From: Schizochytrium sp. TIO01
Lineage: Eukaryota; Protista; Bigyra: Labyrinthulomycetes
Reading direction: 5' to 3'
Assembly: GCA_004764695.1 (NCBI GenBank)
Contig: SMSO01000033.1
Location: 2,837,526-2,901,525, forward strand
DNA length: 64,000 bases
Part shown: piece after piece, positions 1 through 9,886 of the stretch
Layout of the letters: each line of letters starts with the position of its first letter
Numbering within the stretch: position 1 is the first letter of the stretch
Position numbers and translations under genes: made by a program
Notes under the pieces: model-generated
Databases searched by the model: none
Told to the model about the DNA's origin: nothing
Seen by the model: only the letters and a program-made list of their open reading frames with translations

Positions 1-699
1 TAGAGATTGGGTACGTTTTGTTTATGCAAAGTGTGAGAATATGAGAGACTTGGCCCTTTCACGTGTGGAGAATATTGAGTAGAAAGATGTGCCAAGATAG
101 ATGTCATTGTTTTCAACGTTTTGTATTGTTTTATATGTGTCTGGAATTGAAAACTAATCATGTTATTGCGAGCAACTACAGGGCAAATTGTACAGTTGAT
201 CGGGGAAGCTGGCGCGACACAACGATAAGCGATGGCACAAAAATGGATAATTTGGTACGTTGTGGTAGTCTTCACAAATGTTGAAAACAGAATTGAGATG
301 AACTGACAAAAAGAAGAGTTAAATTGGTTTATATTTTCATGGAATCGAGGGATACAATAGATCCAAGTTGGGCACAATGTGCAAATTGGGTCACGTTGCC
401 TTATCGCGGCGCAAGTGGGTATTGCAGGCAGCACAACAATAGGAAACTTTGTTTTGATCGGGGGTCAGGCGGGGATTGCGCAACATCTGCAGATAGGAAA
501 TGGTGTCCAAATTGCTGCAAAGAGTGGTGTTATGACAGATTTAAAGGATTACAGTAAAGTTGGGGGAGTCCCCGCAGTTCCCATCAGACAGTTTCACAAA
601 CAGTCAATTATACTGCGAAGGCTGGTCGACACGATGGGGTCCACAAATACAGGTAGCACAGCTGCGTCAAATGATGGTGAAGAAGCAAAGGGCAAATAA
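1..699 (+). CDS. lpxD: UDP-3-O-acylglucosamine N-acyltransferase LpxD, 3' part (exons <1-10, 182-254, 361-699)
   Basis: Splicing GT-AG introns 11-181 and 255-360 gives [27 protein letters not shown]|[10 protein letters not shown]...AAQVGIAGS...GGQAGI, the LpxD hexapeptide-repeat signatures. The 5' end lies outside the window. Confidence 0.9.
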
Positions 700-1358
700 T
701 TTAACGCGGCTTGTTTTGTAACGTTGAGTTGAGTTTCGTTCAAACAGCCCTACAAATATGGAAAGAATGTTCACCTCCATTCCCCTCTTTTTCTTTTTAT
801 TTTTATTTTCCGTGCGAGTTTTGTCGGCTGAAGGAAAATGATCATGGGAGAGGATATTAAAGAATTAAAAGGATAGCTGCATGCTAAGCTCCTAGCTCGC
901 TAGCTTCCTTGATGAATAGTGCTTTATACACGTAAATAGTGTTTTGCCATAGAAAACAAGATCCGGGAGCCCCAACCAAATTAGGAGCTTTTTCAGTATT
1001 TTCCCGACAGCAGGTAGCCAACCACCAAGTACCACCGCTTTGAGTCATTCATTCACTACTGCTCTTTGTAAATATAAGAATAGATTTTACTTGAGCTGCG
1101 TCTCGTTTGTTGATTTGCATTGATTCCTCTTGCTGGCTTCACAAAAAGTGTAGAAGTGTAGTAAAGAGGTTGTGTAAAGAAGGAGGAAGTGGCGAGGCAA
1201 AGCCTGTGCGATTCGTCAAGCGCAGGGCCTCTTTAGATGAATAGGCAAGCATAGTAAAGGAGGTCGCGTAACAACTTGAAAAGGATTGCCCGGCGGTTAG
1301 TTAAAGAAGACAGAGAGAGCAAAAGGTCACAGAATAAAATACGGTCGGGTACCCAAGC

Positions 1359-2735
1359 TCAATTCTTCGTGTTGGAGCGAGCAGCCCCGCGATTCCTGCG
1401 GCGACTACGGCCTTTGTTTTGCGTGCGGAAACCGTCTTCACTAGCAGCAGAGGAACTATCTGCGCTTGCTGGTTGAGGTGGTTGTGATGGTAATGAGGTT
1501 TGTGCAGTGCCGGCGTCAGTGTTTGTGATGACGGTTTGACCGTCGATAAGGATGTAATCTGAAGTACTGTCTGCTTCGATAATGCCCCCCTTTAGTTTCT
1601 GTTGTTCAAATAGGCGTTGGCGCTCCTGTGCTTGCTTTTTAAAGATCTCCTTTTGTTCTTTTGTCAAACCTGTTTCCTCCGGTGCTGTTTGTGCGTTGTT
1701 CCAGTCTTTGGGCAACAGAGTGCCATGATCGGCATCTACAGGAGCTAGTGTGCTGAGTGTTTCCTCCAGTACTTCTTGAAACTCGCTGTACTTGATCGGT
1801 AGTTTGCACATGGGGCAATCAATGCCTTGTTGATTGGCAAGTTCATTCTGTGCATCGTATTGGGTCTGCATAACTGCTAGTTCTTCCTCTGCCCTGACTA
1901 GTTTGGCTTTTATAGATCCGATTTCCGCCTTGGCAGCCTTGGCTTCTGCGTCAATTGCAATCATTTTCTTTTTCGCAGAGACTACTGTGAAGCCTGCGCC
2001 TGCCAAATCCTCAAAGTCATTCTCACTACCTCCTGCTTCCACGTGTTCCACGAAATTTTGAAGCCGAAGCCTCTCTGCAGCGACCTTCTCTACTCTTTCC
2101 TCAGCTTTGCCAATTGAAGACTGTCTCTCCATCACCCTTGCGGTCATTGCACTCAATGCCTGCTTCCTCTGCAACGTTGCTTGTGATTGTGCTGTGCCCG
2201 CCTCCGTGCGCCGCGACTCAACCTGTTTCCACCACGCCGCAAAACATGTTCCGTGGAATGCATGCCAGCAGCTGGCTCTGAATGCCGTCGAATCGCCAGC
2301 CTGGATCTCGCACAAGCATATGGCACAAGACCCTCCCTGATCATTGCGTTCCTGCGCGAGGTCTTTGGCGAGCAGTAGCACATCGACGAGGCCATAGCGG
2401 CCCATAATTTCCTTGCTCTCAGCGAGTTGGCGGATCAATTTTCTACGCATATCGGCCTCCTCTGAGTCAAGCAAGCCGCGACTTCGGGAGATTGAAATAA
2501 GCGGCGCCTCCGCGAGCGGAAATTTGGCGGGTAGGTCGAACCTGAAGGAGACGAGCAAGGTGTCGAGGGCGACTTGGAGCACCACGGCGGAGGGAACGTC
2601 TGGTTCGGAGGGCGCGCGAGAGGAGGTCTCTACCTCGAGTTCATCTGGGGTGTACATGGCCTGAAGAAGCTCAATCTCTTGTTCAAGCTCCTCCGCGTTG
2701 GCGGCGGCGTCCCAGGGTGCGTCAGCATCGCCCAT
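1359..2735 (-). CDS. RWD-domain RING-H2 E3 ubiquitin ligase (RNF25-like)
   Basis: N-terminal RWD (EIELLQAMY...LPAKFP...P.ISI) and RING-H2 ligands CAIC...CWHAFH..C, with the last CPMC pair after a long coiled coil; C-terminal LFEQQKLKGGII resembles RNF25. Confidence 0.8.
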   Translation of the reverse strand: MGDADAPWDAAANAEELEQEIELLQAMYTPDELEVETSSRAPSEPDVPSAVVLQVALDTLLVSFRFDLPAKFPLAEAPLISISRSRGLLDSEEADMRRKLIRQLAESKEIMGRYGLVDVLLLAKDLAQERNDQGGSCAICLCEIQAGDSTAFRASCWHAFHGTCFAAWWKQVESRRTEAGTAQSQATLQRKQALSAMTARVMERQSSIGKAEERVEKVAAERLRLQNFVEHVEAGGSENDFEDLAGAGFTVVSAKKKMIAIDAEAKAAKAEIGSIKAKLVRAEEELAVMQTQYDAQNELANQQGIDCPMCKLPIKYSEFQEVLEETLSTLAPVDADHGTLLPKDWNNAQTAPEETGLTKEQKEIFKKQAQERQRLFEQQKLKGGIIEADSTSDYILIDGQTVITNTDAGTAQTSLPSQPPQPASADSSSAASEDGFRTQNKGRSRRRNRGAARSNTKN

Positions 2736-3067
2736 GGTGCAGGAAACGAGAAATCTGCCGCGAGACCTTCAAACGTGACTGCTAGCCTGCCGCGAGGCTG
2801 TCTGCTGCTGGCTTCCGGTTGCCACAGAGAGAGCGAGAGAGGGGAGAGGGCACGAGAGCAGAAATACGCCCTGAGAGGCGCACTCACGAGCAGCGGCGCT
2901 TAGGGTGCTCTGCGCTGCTGGCAAAGCAACGGGAATGGTCTCTCCAAAACGCCTGACCGTCTCATTCACTCATTTTATCCCTCTTCTTATCATCATCTTC
3001 ATTTGTAGGTGCCCCTATTACTGACCATCATTATTGTCTCCTACGCATTACCATATTTCATGGTACT

Positions 3068-3215
3068 ACATATATATAAATATATATATATCCTGAGGTG
3101 TATGACGATAGCGATAGCTACTACTAGTAGTAGTAGCATAAGATAGTTACTACAACTACTACTACTACCACCACCACCTAACTAGGTACTACCTAACCTA
3201 GCAGTAGTTAGCAGT
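3068..3215. repeat. Low-complexity (TA)n / (CTA)n / (TAG)n / (CCA)n tract
   Basis: Short di- and trinucleotide runs seen directly upstream of the IS607-type element. Confidence 0.6.
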
Positions 3216-3343
3216 GATGGTATGCGATCGTATGACAAAAAACGTAAAAGTTCGATAACTTATATTTCGATGTGCTTGTTTCATATTAATCATATATTAT
3301 ACTTAGTTAGATCTTTAATAAGAAGTGGAGGTTAGGTAAGAAA

Positions 3344-4042
3344 ATGGGGAGGCCAAGGAACCGCCAAGCTCCAAACACTGCAAGTGGAGCAAACCTCGAA
3401 TACAAACCAGCAAAGTTCTTTCACCGGAAGTTTGGGATCTCAGCAAGCGCCCTTCGGGGCTGGGCCGATGGCGGACGCGTGCGCTGCGCGCGCTTCCCCG
3501 GAGGCAAGCGCATCTACGCCTGCGACGATGTTGAGCGCATCTTTGATTGCGGTTCCACCGGCCGCGAGCAACGCAGCTCTGGATGTACCGTTATCTACGC
3601 CAGAGTGTCCTCGGCCAAGCAAAAGGAGGACCTCGAACGCCAGGTTGGCGATCTCCAGCGCGCCTACCCAGATGCTTCCGCCGTCTACAAAGACATCGGT
3701 AGCGGGGTCAATTTCAAACGCCAAGGCCTGTGCTCCCTACTGGACGCCTGTGACCGCGGCGGAATCGGCCAAGTTGTGGTCATGCACCGCGACCGACTTG
3801 CGCGAATCGCAGTCGACCTCCTGGAACACCTTTTCGAAAGAAAAAATGTCAAAATCGTGGTACACGGCCAAGATGCACATGCCGGAGACTCAGACACCTT
3901 CACCAAAGACCTCCTCGGAATTATCACCGTCTTTGTGGCATCGCATCACGGAAAACGAGCAGCGCAAAATAGACGGCGACGACGCAGCGAGGAAGAAGCG
4001 AGCTCGCACGAAGGCGCGCAAGACCACCAAGAAAGAATATGA
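3344..4042 (+). CDS. tnpA: IS607-type serine recombinase/transposase TnpA (MerR-like HTH + resolvase domain)
   Basis: FGISASALRGWADGG...PGGKRIY HTH; catalytic VIYARVSSAKQKEDLERQ; DIGSGVNFKR.GL; HRDRLAR. Intronless, no stops. Confidence 0.95.
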   Translation: MGRPRNRQAPNTASGANLEYKPAKFFHRKFGISASALRGWADGGRVRCARFPGGKRIYACDDVERIFDCGSTGREQRSSGCTVIYARVSSAKQKEDLERQVGDLQRAYPDASAVYKDIGSGVNFKRQGLCSLLDACDRGGIGQVVVMHRDRLARIAVDLLEHLFERKNVKIVVHGQDAHAGDSDTFTKDLLGIITVFVASHHGKRAAQNRRRRRSEEEASSHEGAQDHQERI

Positions 4043-5324
4043 CCTTGTCCGTGCCAGAAAGGTTAGGGTATACCCTACTAAAGATCAGCGTACACAGTTG
4101 CTCAAATGGTTTGGTGTCACTAGAAGAGCCTACAATACTGGCGTTGCGTTTCACCGAGACGTGGCGAAGGGCGAGGAAGAAGCCATCAAATTGCATCAAG
4201 AAGCGTGCATCAAAAAGGATTCCAAGACGAAGCAGGTTTTAGTAGATGGAGATGGGAATCCCCAAACGTATGGTGCCCTCTATGGAGAAAAGAAAGCCGT
4301 TCGATCTAAAGAAAGGCATGATGCTCCTGAATGGGTTCTCGAGGTCCCACAGGCTATCCGTGATTCCGGGATTCTGGATTTCTTCAAGGCTCTTAACTCT
4401 GGACGAGCCAAAAACGAAGAACTCGCTGTACAAAAGAAAGTTCATGAGCAATCTTTTTATAAGTTTCGGACCAAGCGTGATGAATCACAGATTTTCGAAG
4501 TGAACGCACGTATCTGGAATACGGAGAAATCAAAGACCACCAGCTTTCTAAAAAAGTTTCGTACGCACAAAGAAAAGTTCCCCAGTCAGATTAAGAACGC
4601 CATGCGTGTGCAAATGAATCGCCTTGGGCATGTGTACTTCTGCTTCTTACGAGAAGAAGAAAAGCGTCCAATGGACCAGGCACCCAAGGCGCACCACAGT
4701 GTCATTGCTCTAGATCCAGGTGTTCGCTCGTTTCAGACGATGTATGATGCCGATGGCCGCGCCATTGAATGGGGCACAGGGAAAGATTTTAGAACCATAT
4801 TCTATCTCTGTCGCCGCGTTGATAAGATCCAAAGCAGGATTGATAAAGCTCAAGAAAATAAAAAGAAAACTGCATACGATTTCAACACCCCCTTGAAGCG
4901 CGCCTTCTATCGCGCCCAACTCAAGATCAAGAACAAGATCACTGAGATTCACCGCAAGCTCGCGCTTTGGCTTTGTGAAAACTATCGTGTTATTCTCTTG
5001 CCTAAATTCGAAACCTCTAAGATGAGCAGGAGGATGGAGCGACGGATATCCAAGAAGTCTGTTCGAATGATGTGTCGTTGGTCCCATTTTGGGTTCCGCC
5101 AAGCTCTCATTCATAAGGCTGAGATGTTCCCGTGGTGCAAGCTTGTTCTTTGCCAAGAGAGCTACACTTCAAAAACATGCAATGAGTGCGGTACCCTCCA
5201 CCATAAACTCGGGGCATCCAAGGTTTTCCAATGCCCTAATCCCAAGTGCAACCATGTAGCAGACCGTGATGTCCATGCCGCAAGAGGCATCCTTTTACGC
5301 TACCTATCCAAGGACATGATTTAA
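3468..5324 (+). CDS. Fanzor2 / TnpB-family RNA-guided endonuclease (first in-frame ATG 3468; true start uncertain)
   Basis: KVRVYPT..Q...L.KWFGVTRRAYN helical domain; RuvC-I ALDPGVRSF; LLPKFETSKM; Glu in QESYTSKTC; Zn finger CNEC...CPNPKC; RuvC-III DRDVHAARGI; basic NLS-like RKKRARTKARKTTKK. Confidence 0.93.
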   Translation: MADACAARASPEASASTPATMLSASLIAVPPAASNAALDVPLSTPECPRPSKRRTSNARLAISSAPTQMLPPSTKTSVAGSISNAKACAPYWTPVTAAESAKLWSCTATDLRESQSTSWNTFSKEKMSKSWYTAKMHMPETQTPSPKTSSELSPSLWHRITENEQRKIDGDDAARKKRARTKARKTTKKEYDLVRARKVRVYPTKDQRTQLLKWFGVTRRAYNTGVAFHRDVAKGEEEAIKLHQEACIKKDSKTKQVLVDGDGNPQTYGALYGEKKAVRSKERHDAPEWVLEVPQAIRDSGILDFFKALNSGRAKNEELAVQKKVHEQSFYKFRTKRDESQIFEVNARIWNTEKSKTTSFLKKFRTHKEKFPSQIKNAMRVQMNRLGHVYFCFLREEEKRPMDQAPKAHHSVIALDPGVRSFQTMYDADGRAIEWGTGKDFRTIFYLCRRVDKIQSRIDKAQENKKKTAYDFNTPLKRAFYRAQLKIKNKITEIHRKLALWLCENYRVILLPKFETSKMSRRMERRISKKSVRMMCRWSHFGFRQALIHKAEMFPWCKLVLCQESYTSKTCNECGTLHHKLGASKVFQCPNPKCNHVADRDVHAARGILLRYLSKDMI

Positions 5325-5451
5325 AAAAAATCATTTCATTGAGTCGCGGGCTAGTCTAACTAGCTCGTGATGGAGTCTTAGCTCCTTCTATGAAATGCAA
5401 GTTTTGCAAATTTTGTAGTTTAACATCTAAGAGAAGCGCCGCGACCTTTGC
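5325..5451 (+). ncRNA. Putative omegaRNA (scaffold to ~5431, guide from flanking DNA ~5432-5451)
   Basis: Hand-folded: 11-bp stem 5344-5354/5360-5370 with two G-U pairs; GGAG/CUCC hairpin 5372-5385; bulged stem 5388-5400/5404-5418; loop UCUUAG (5376-5381) is complementary to CUAAGA (5427-5432), giving a pseudoknot. Position matches TnpB/Fanzor omegaRNAs. Confidence 0.7.
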
Positions 5452-6573
5452 AAGTAACCCCACAGCACCGATGCTCAAGGGTAGTTTTGCATGAGGAGGG
5501 GGGGGGTAATGAAGAAGTTGAAGTGCGCTCATATAAAAAAGTTTATTGCTTCAAGTTGGATAAAAACATCAAGCCAAAACAAGCTCTGCTTCTTTACTGG
5601 GAAATGCGCCAGAGGTGCCCAGGGACTCTCTGGAGAGTGAGTAGTAGCCTGAGGTATTGCTTTGGATTTTAGACACGAGCCTGGGTCTCTCATGTGACTG
5701 CTATCACGAGTTGCGTTAGTTTTGTAAAACGATTTGAATGCAAGCTGGCCCTATTGAATGTCCTCAAAAGGTCTCTTTGAGAGGTACCTCTAGAGGCAGT
5801 TTGGTTGTGGACGCAATCCGCGATTGTTTTGGCGTGAAACCCAAAGACTTTAGCCGATGACCTCTGACTAAATGTAAGCTAGTTGTGTGTTTTCATAGAT
5901 CAAGCCACATTTATTCAAGGAGGCATGCGTTTTAACCAACTATTACTATTAGGTGTGGTTTGGAAAATCATGCATGAACACGGATTAAGCACAACTTTCT
6001 GACTTTGATTACCAAACTTCACAAGAGGGGCAGGCAATGTCGCATTGCACACCATGTGCAATTCAATATCAAGAGGCGAGCTCAGCTCATCAAGCATGCC
6101 GTTGTTCGGAAAACACAGCATTGTTTCCTGTACATATAAACAATTTTTCATTGCATCATGTTGTTAGTTGAGGGAAGCTAGGCTATGTTAGGACTGTATA
6201 ATAGGTTATCGAATTCAATCTCTTTGGTTGAAGTAGAACGGCTATCGGACAACAGAAACAAGCTATGCAGAAATGTATGAGCCATCCCGCAGATTGCGTG
6301 AAAAACATTCATTGCCACATGTAGGAATCGAAATGTTTTTCTCAACAACTTAACTGGCCCCTTCCACCGTGCAATATGGTTTTGAGTGATAGAATCGTAC
6401 TATGGTAGGTAGGTAAAAGAGTTGACAATTTGATTTGGCGACTTTTTCTCTTTTTCTTTCTTAAAAAAATAAATAAATTAAAAGATGAAGAAGAACGATG
6501 AAGAAGGACAGAGATAAGAGAAGTGATCTCAGCAACCTAGCCTGCGCAAATTAAGACAGACCGCGATCTGCTG

Positions 6574-7494
6574 ATGCGCGGTGCTTGGTCACAGAGCGGT
6601 CTTGCAGGCAGGTCCCGTGCGATGTTTGACCGTAAGGATGGCTCTAGCCAGGGTGGAGGCGCAGCCTCTTTCAATGAGTTCATGGCGGCCTACGAGGCAG
6701 ACCCGACCGCGACAATGAGCGGCGTAAGCGGCGACTCTGGCTTGAGCTCGGGATCTGCGACGGCTTCCTTCGGAGGCTTTGCGTTCCCTTCATCCTTTGC
6801 TGCTCTGGGCGACTCTATCGGCGGTTCTATGCAGGCTGGTATGCGCTCTGTGGGGCGCTCAAGCTTCTTAGCCGGCACTCCACTTGCCACCGTGGACCTG
6901 GAGGCGGGCGAGGACGTAGCCATGCTCGAGATGAAAGCCAAATCTGGAGCCAACAATGGGTCTGGCGAGGCAGGTATTGCGGGTTCTGGCTCTGCTGCGG
7001 CATCTTCGGGAGACTCTTGGAATTCTTTGTCCCGGTCAGAGCGTTTCCGAGGGTTCGTTTTGCTGCTGGGCTTGAGCGTATTCTTCTTCCTGCTGGCGTT
7101 CTTCTTCACAAGCGTTATCGTGGTGTTCCCAGCCAAGTTTGCGTTTTCATTCACGATGGGATCATTGTGTTATATGTCGGCGTTCGCGCTCATTAAGGGA
7201 CCGGGGGCCTGGGCTAGGTCTGTGTGCAGCGGGGGGCAGCTACCTTTCACGGTGGCATACTTCGTGTCCATCGCGGGCACGCTGTACGCCTGTCTGGTTA
7301 TGCGCTCGTACATCTTTGTCATGATATTTTCGGTCGTGCAGGTGTGTGCACTAGGATACTACGCCTTTGGCAATCTGCCAGGAGGACGTTACGGTCTGCA
7401 ACTCATCGCAACATTTGTGCGCCAGATGGTGCGCAACGTGTGCTGGCCATGTGCGAAAGGCGTAGTTGTGATGTTCCAAAAGTTGTTTTCATAA
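6574..7494 (+). CDS. Got1/Sft2-family vesicle transport protein
   Basis: LSRSERFRGF, PAKFAFSFTMGSL, FT.AYF.SI.GTLYA, NLPGGRYGL; four hydrophobic segments after a low-complexity N terminus. Confidence 0.88.
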   Translation: MRGAWSQSGLAGRSRAMFDRKDGSSQGGGAASFNEFMAAYEADPTATMSGVSGDSGLSSGSATASFGGFAFPSSFAALGDSIGGSMQAGMRSVGRSSFLAGTPLATVDLEAGEDVAMLEMKAKSGANNGSGEAGIAGSGSAAASSGDSWNSLSRSERFRGFVLLLGLSVFFFLLAFFFTSVIVVFPAKFAFSFTMGSLCYMSAFALIKGPGAWARSVCSGGQLPFTVAYFVSIAGTLYACLVMRSYIFVMIFSVVQVCALGYYAFGNLPGGRYGLQLIATFVRQMVRNVCWPCAKGVVVMFQKLFS

Positions 7495-8638
7495 ATTCAT
7501 TTCTACTTGGGGGTATCTCAGAGTCTTGTCTCGTAAAACCCATCCCTTTTCGTTCGCCATGCCTCCATTTGCCCTTGTCCTTCTCCTCGTTCCTCTTAAT
7601 GTCTCAACAATCAAGTGTGAAGTTTTTACCCAACAAACAACAGACCATTTCCTTTTGCTTTACTGTACTGCCATTTAAGATCTACTTGTCTCTTTTCATT
7701 ATCATATATATAAAAGTGACATTATTTTGCAATTTTTATTTTCGTAGAACTAATATTAAAGAGTCAGGAATGACGGACAAATTAACATCCTCAAGCGAGA
7801 CGGTTTTGAAGGCTCAAAGATAACGGGAAACACAAAGAGTCTGATGCTTCGGCTATGAATATAGCCCGCATCAAAGCATGCTAAAGGTCACTAAAGAGAA
7901 ATCATGGAAACCATTTTCGACAAAACGAAACTCTTAAACGTCATGATTTTAGTTGTGGTACCTCAATATACATTGTTGAAAAGTTCACAAACCTAACGTC
8001 AAGGTTTCATTTGCTCTCTTCTGTTTTTGGTTTGTTTGTAAAGGAAGTAGCTATAATATTTCATGTACACTGTGTCTATTATGGCAGTTAAATACGCTTC
8101 CATCTCTAGTTTTACTAAAGATTCTAGAAAAATCGATCCGCAATTTAAAAATAAAGCGTACAAAAAGCCACCTCACTCGCAGGCCCCCTGAAGACGGCAC
8201 TGGCCGCAGAGCTCATCAGAAAAATCATTTTTGATATGAAGCACCCAGTAGAAAGAGAAGAATAAGACACGTTATTTAAAGAGTGGATGTTGATCTCACA
8301 TAATAATAAAATAGAATGCAAAGCAGGCGCAATATCGTCATCCAACGCCGACATACAGAGCCGAAAAAGGGAGGCCAATGCTACTGTTGTTTCAGCAACT
8401 ATAAGTACAACAGAGAGCACAACTCTAGTACCAGCAACCAAACTATTTGCCACTGATGTATTGTCATTTGGCCTTTTACTCTCTCCTGACCATTGCTCTT
8501 GTGTTAGAGAGTATTAGACTCAAAAGAGAGCTGCCCAGAAAGAGCATAATTTGATCTTTTGCATTTGCCAAATTTTTTACAAAGAGATACATGAGCATTG
8601 CATAGCAAAAAGTACAGAAACAAGAGCAAGAAGACCCA

Positions 8639-9886
8639 TCAACCAAAGATATCATCAAACTCATTCATAGGTCCACCAGCAGTGTTCATTCCACCATACC
8701 CATCTCCCACTCCGTTGCCATACATACGGTTGCCGTACATTGAATTACTGTACATAGAAGACCCATACGGAGAGCTTCCGTACATTGATGATCCGTACAT
8801 AGAACCGTTGCCGTACTGAGACCCATACATGGAATTCCCATACATGGGGGATCCATACATCCCTGGAGAATTGTACATTCCGTACATGCCACCAGCATTG
8901 GCCATCATGGAGCCAGCACCAGCAGGCATCAATCCACCTTGATTGTTGATACTGTCCCATTGCTGTGAGAGCATATTTTCATTTGGAGTCTTGCTGCGTG
9001 ACATGCGCTTTAGAATAATCTTGATACCCCGGTAGCCAGCGTACAAAATAACAATGCCAATTAGCCAGCGAATCATGCGCCGACGACGCTCTGCCTTAAT
9101 CTCCTCGGGCGACGGAAGAGGCAAAGGCTGGCCAGTGTGAGGATCAATTTGCGGTAATGGGGGGGCGCCGGTAAAAAAGCCAATGACCTCGTGAGCTGCA
9201 CCCCCGATACGCTCGACAAAATGAGCAAATGCTCCAAAAGCATACTGAATAGCTTCCGCATTCATACCAAGAAGCTCTGTCATTTGACCCAGGTTCCCCA
9301 CAGTCTGGTGCATAGCTCCGAGCCAGCCCATCTGACCCATCATCATTGGATTCATGCCCATACCCATGCCGCCATACATACCGCCACCGTACATTCCACC
9401 GCCGTACATGCTCCCGCCATAGCCTCCATACATACCGCCTCCATAGCCACCGTAGCCTCCGTAGCCGCTGCTGCCATACATACCGCCTCCAAATCGATTT
9501 CCATACATACCACTGCCATACGAGCTACCATAACCTCCGTAAGAACTGGCACCATAGCCACTATTCTGACCGTACATAGATGATCCATATGTGTTCGCTC
9601 CGTACGGCGAGTTTGCCGCGCCATACTGGGAGCCATACGCAGCGCTTGCGCCGTAGGGGCTGGCAGCAGTTGTCGCGGCAACACCATTTATGCCAGGCAT
9701 AGCAGCACCGGCTGTCGCGGCAGAGACTGGAGCACCAGGTGCTCCAGGCACATTTGTTGTAGCAGGCGAGACTCCTGGAGCAGAGCTAGCGGCTGTGGCA
9801 TCGACAGTTCCTGCTGGTGAAGCGGTTGTAGCTGCAGAAGCGCCCGAGGACGTCTCCCAAGGCTTAGGTGGTGATGCCGTGGCCAT
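8639..9886 (-). CDS. PEX13: Peroxisomal membrane protein PEX13 (no SH3 domain)
   Basis: MATASPPKPWE N-terminal motif, long YG-rich region, amphipathic segment (VGNLGQMTELLGMNAEAI) and a TM helix. ATG at 9886; the ORF-track start is TTG. Confidence 0.85.
   Translation of the reverse strand: MATASPPKPWETSSGASAATTASPAGTVDATAASSAPGVSPATTNVPGAPGAPVSAATAGAAMPGINGVAATTAASPYGASAAYGSQYGAANSPYGANTYGSSMYGQNSGYGASSYGGYGSSYGSGMYGNRFGGGMYGSSGYGGYGGYGGGMYGGYGGSMYGGGMYGGGMYGGMGMGMNPMMMGQMGWLGAMHQTVGNLGQMTELLGMNAEAIQYAFGAFAHFVERIGGAAHEVIGFFTGAPPLPQIDPHTGQPLPLPSPEEIKAERRRRMIRWLIGIVILYAGYRGIKIILKRMSRSKTPNENMLSQQWDSINNQGGLMPAGAGSMMANAGGMYGMYNSPGMYGSPMYGNSMYGSQYGNGSMYGSSMYGSSPYGSSMYSNSMYGNRMYGNGVGDGYGGMNTAGGPMNEFDDIFG

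Larger units (their letters stand above)
3305..5431 (+). mobile_element. IS607-family eukaryotic transposon with Fanzor2 (ends inferred)
   Basis: tnpA serine recombinase, tnpB-like nuclease and a structured 3' region. Imperfect inverted repeat TTAGATCTTTAA (3307-3318) vs the reverse complement of 5419-5430 (10/12 match), with an AG dinucleotide at both putative junctions. Exact ends are inference. Confidence 0.85.

Noticed and set aside
9836-9844. Match to the first 9 nt of the predicted Fanzor guide inside PEX13
   Set aside because: A 9-nt match is plausible by chance in 64 kb and it is not preceded by the predicted TTAG.
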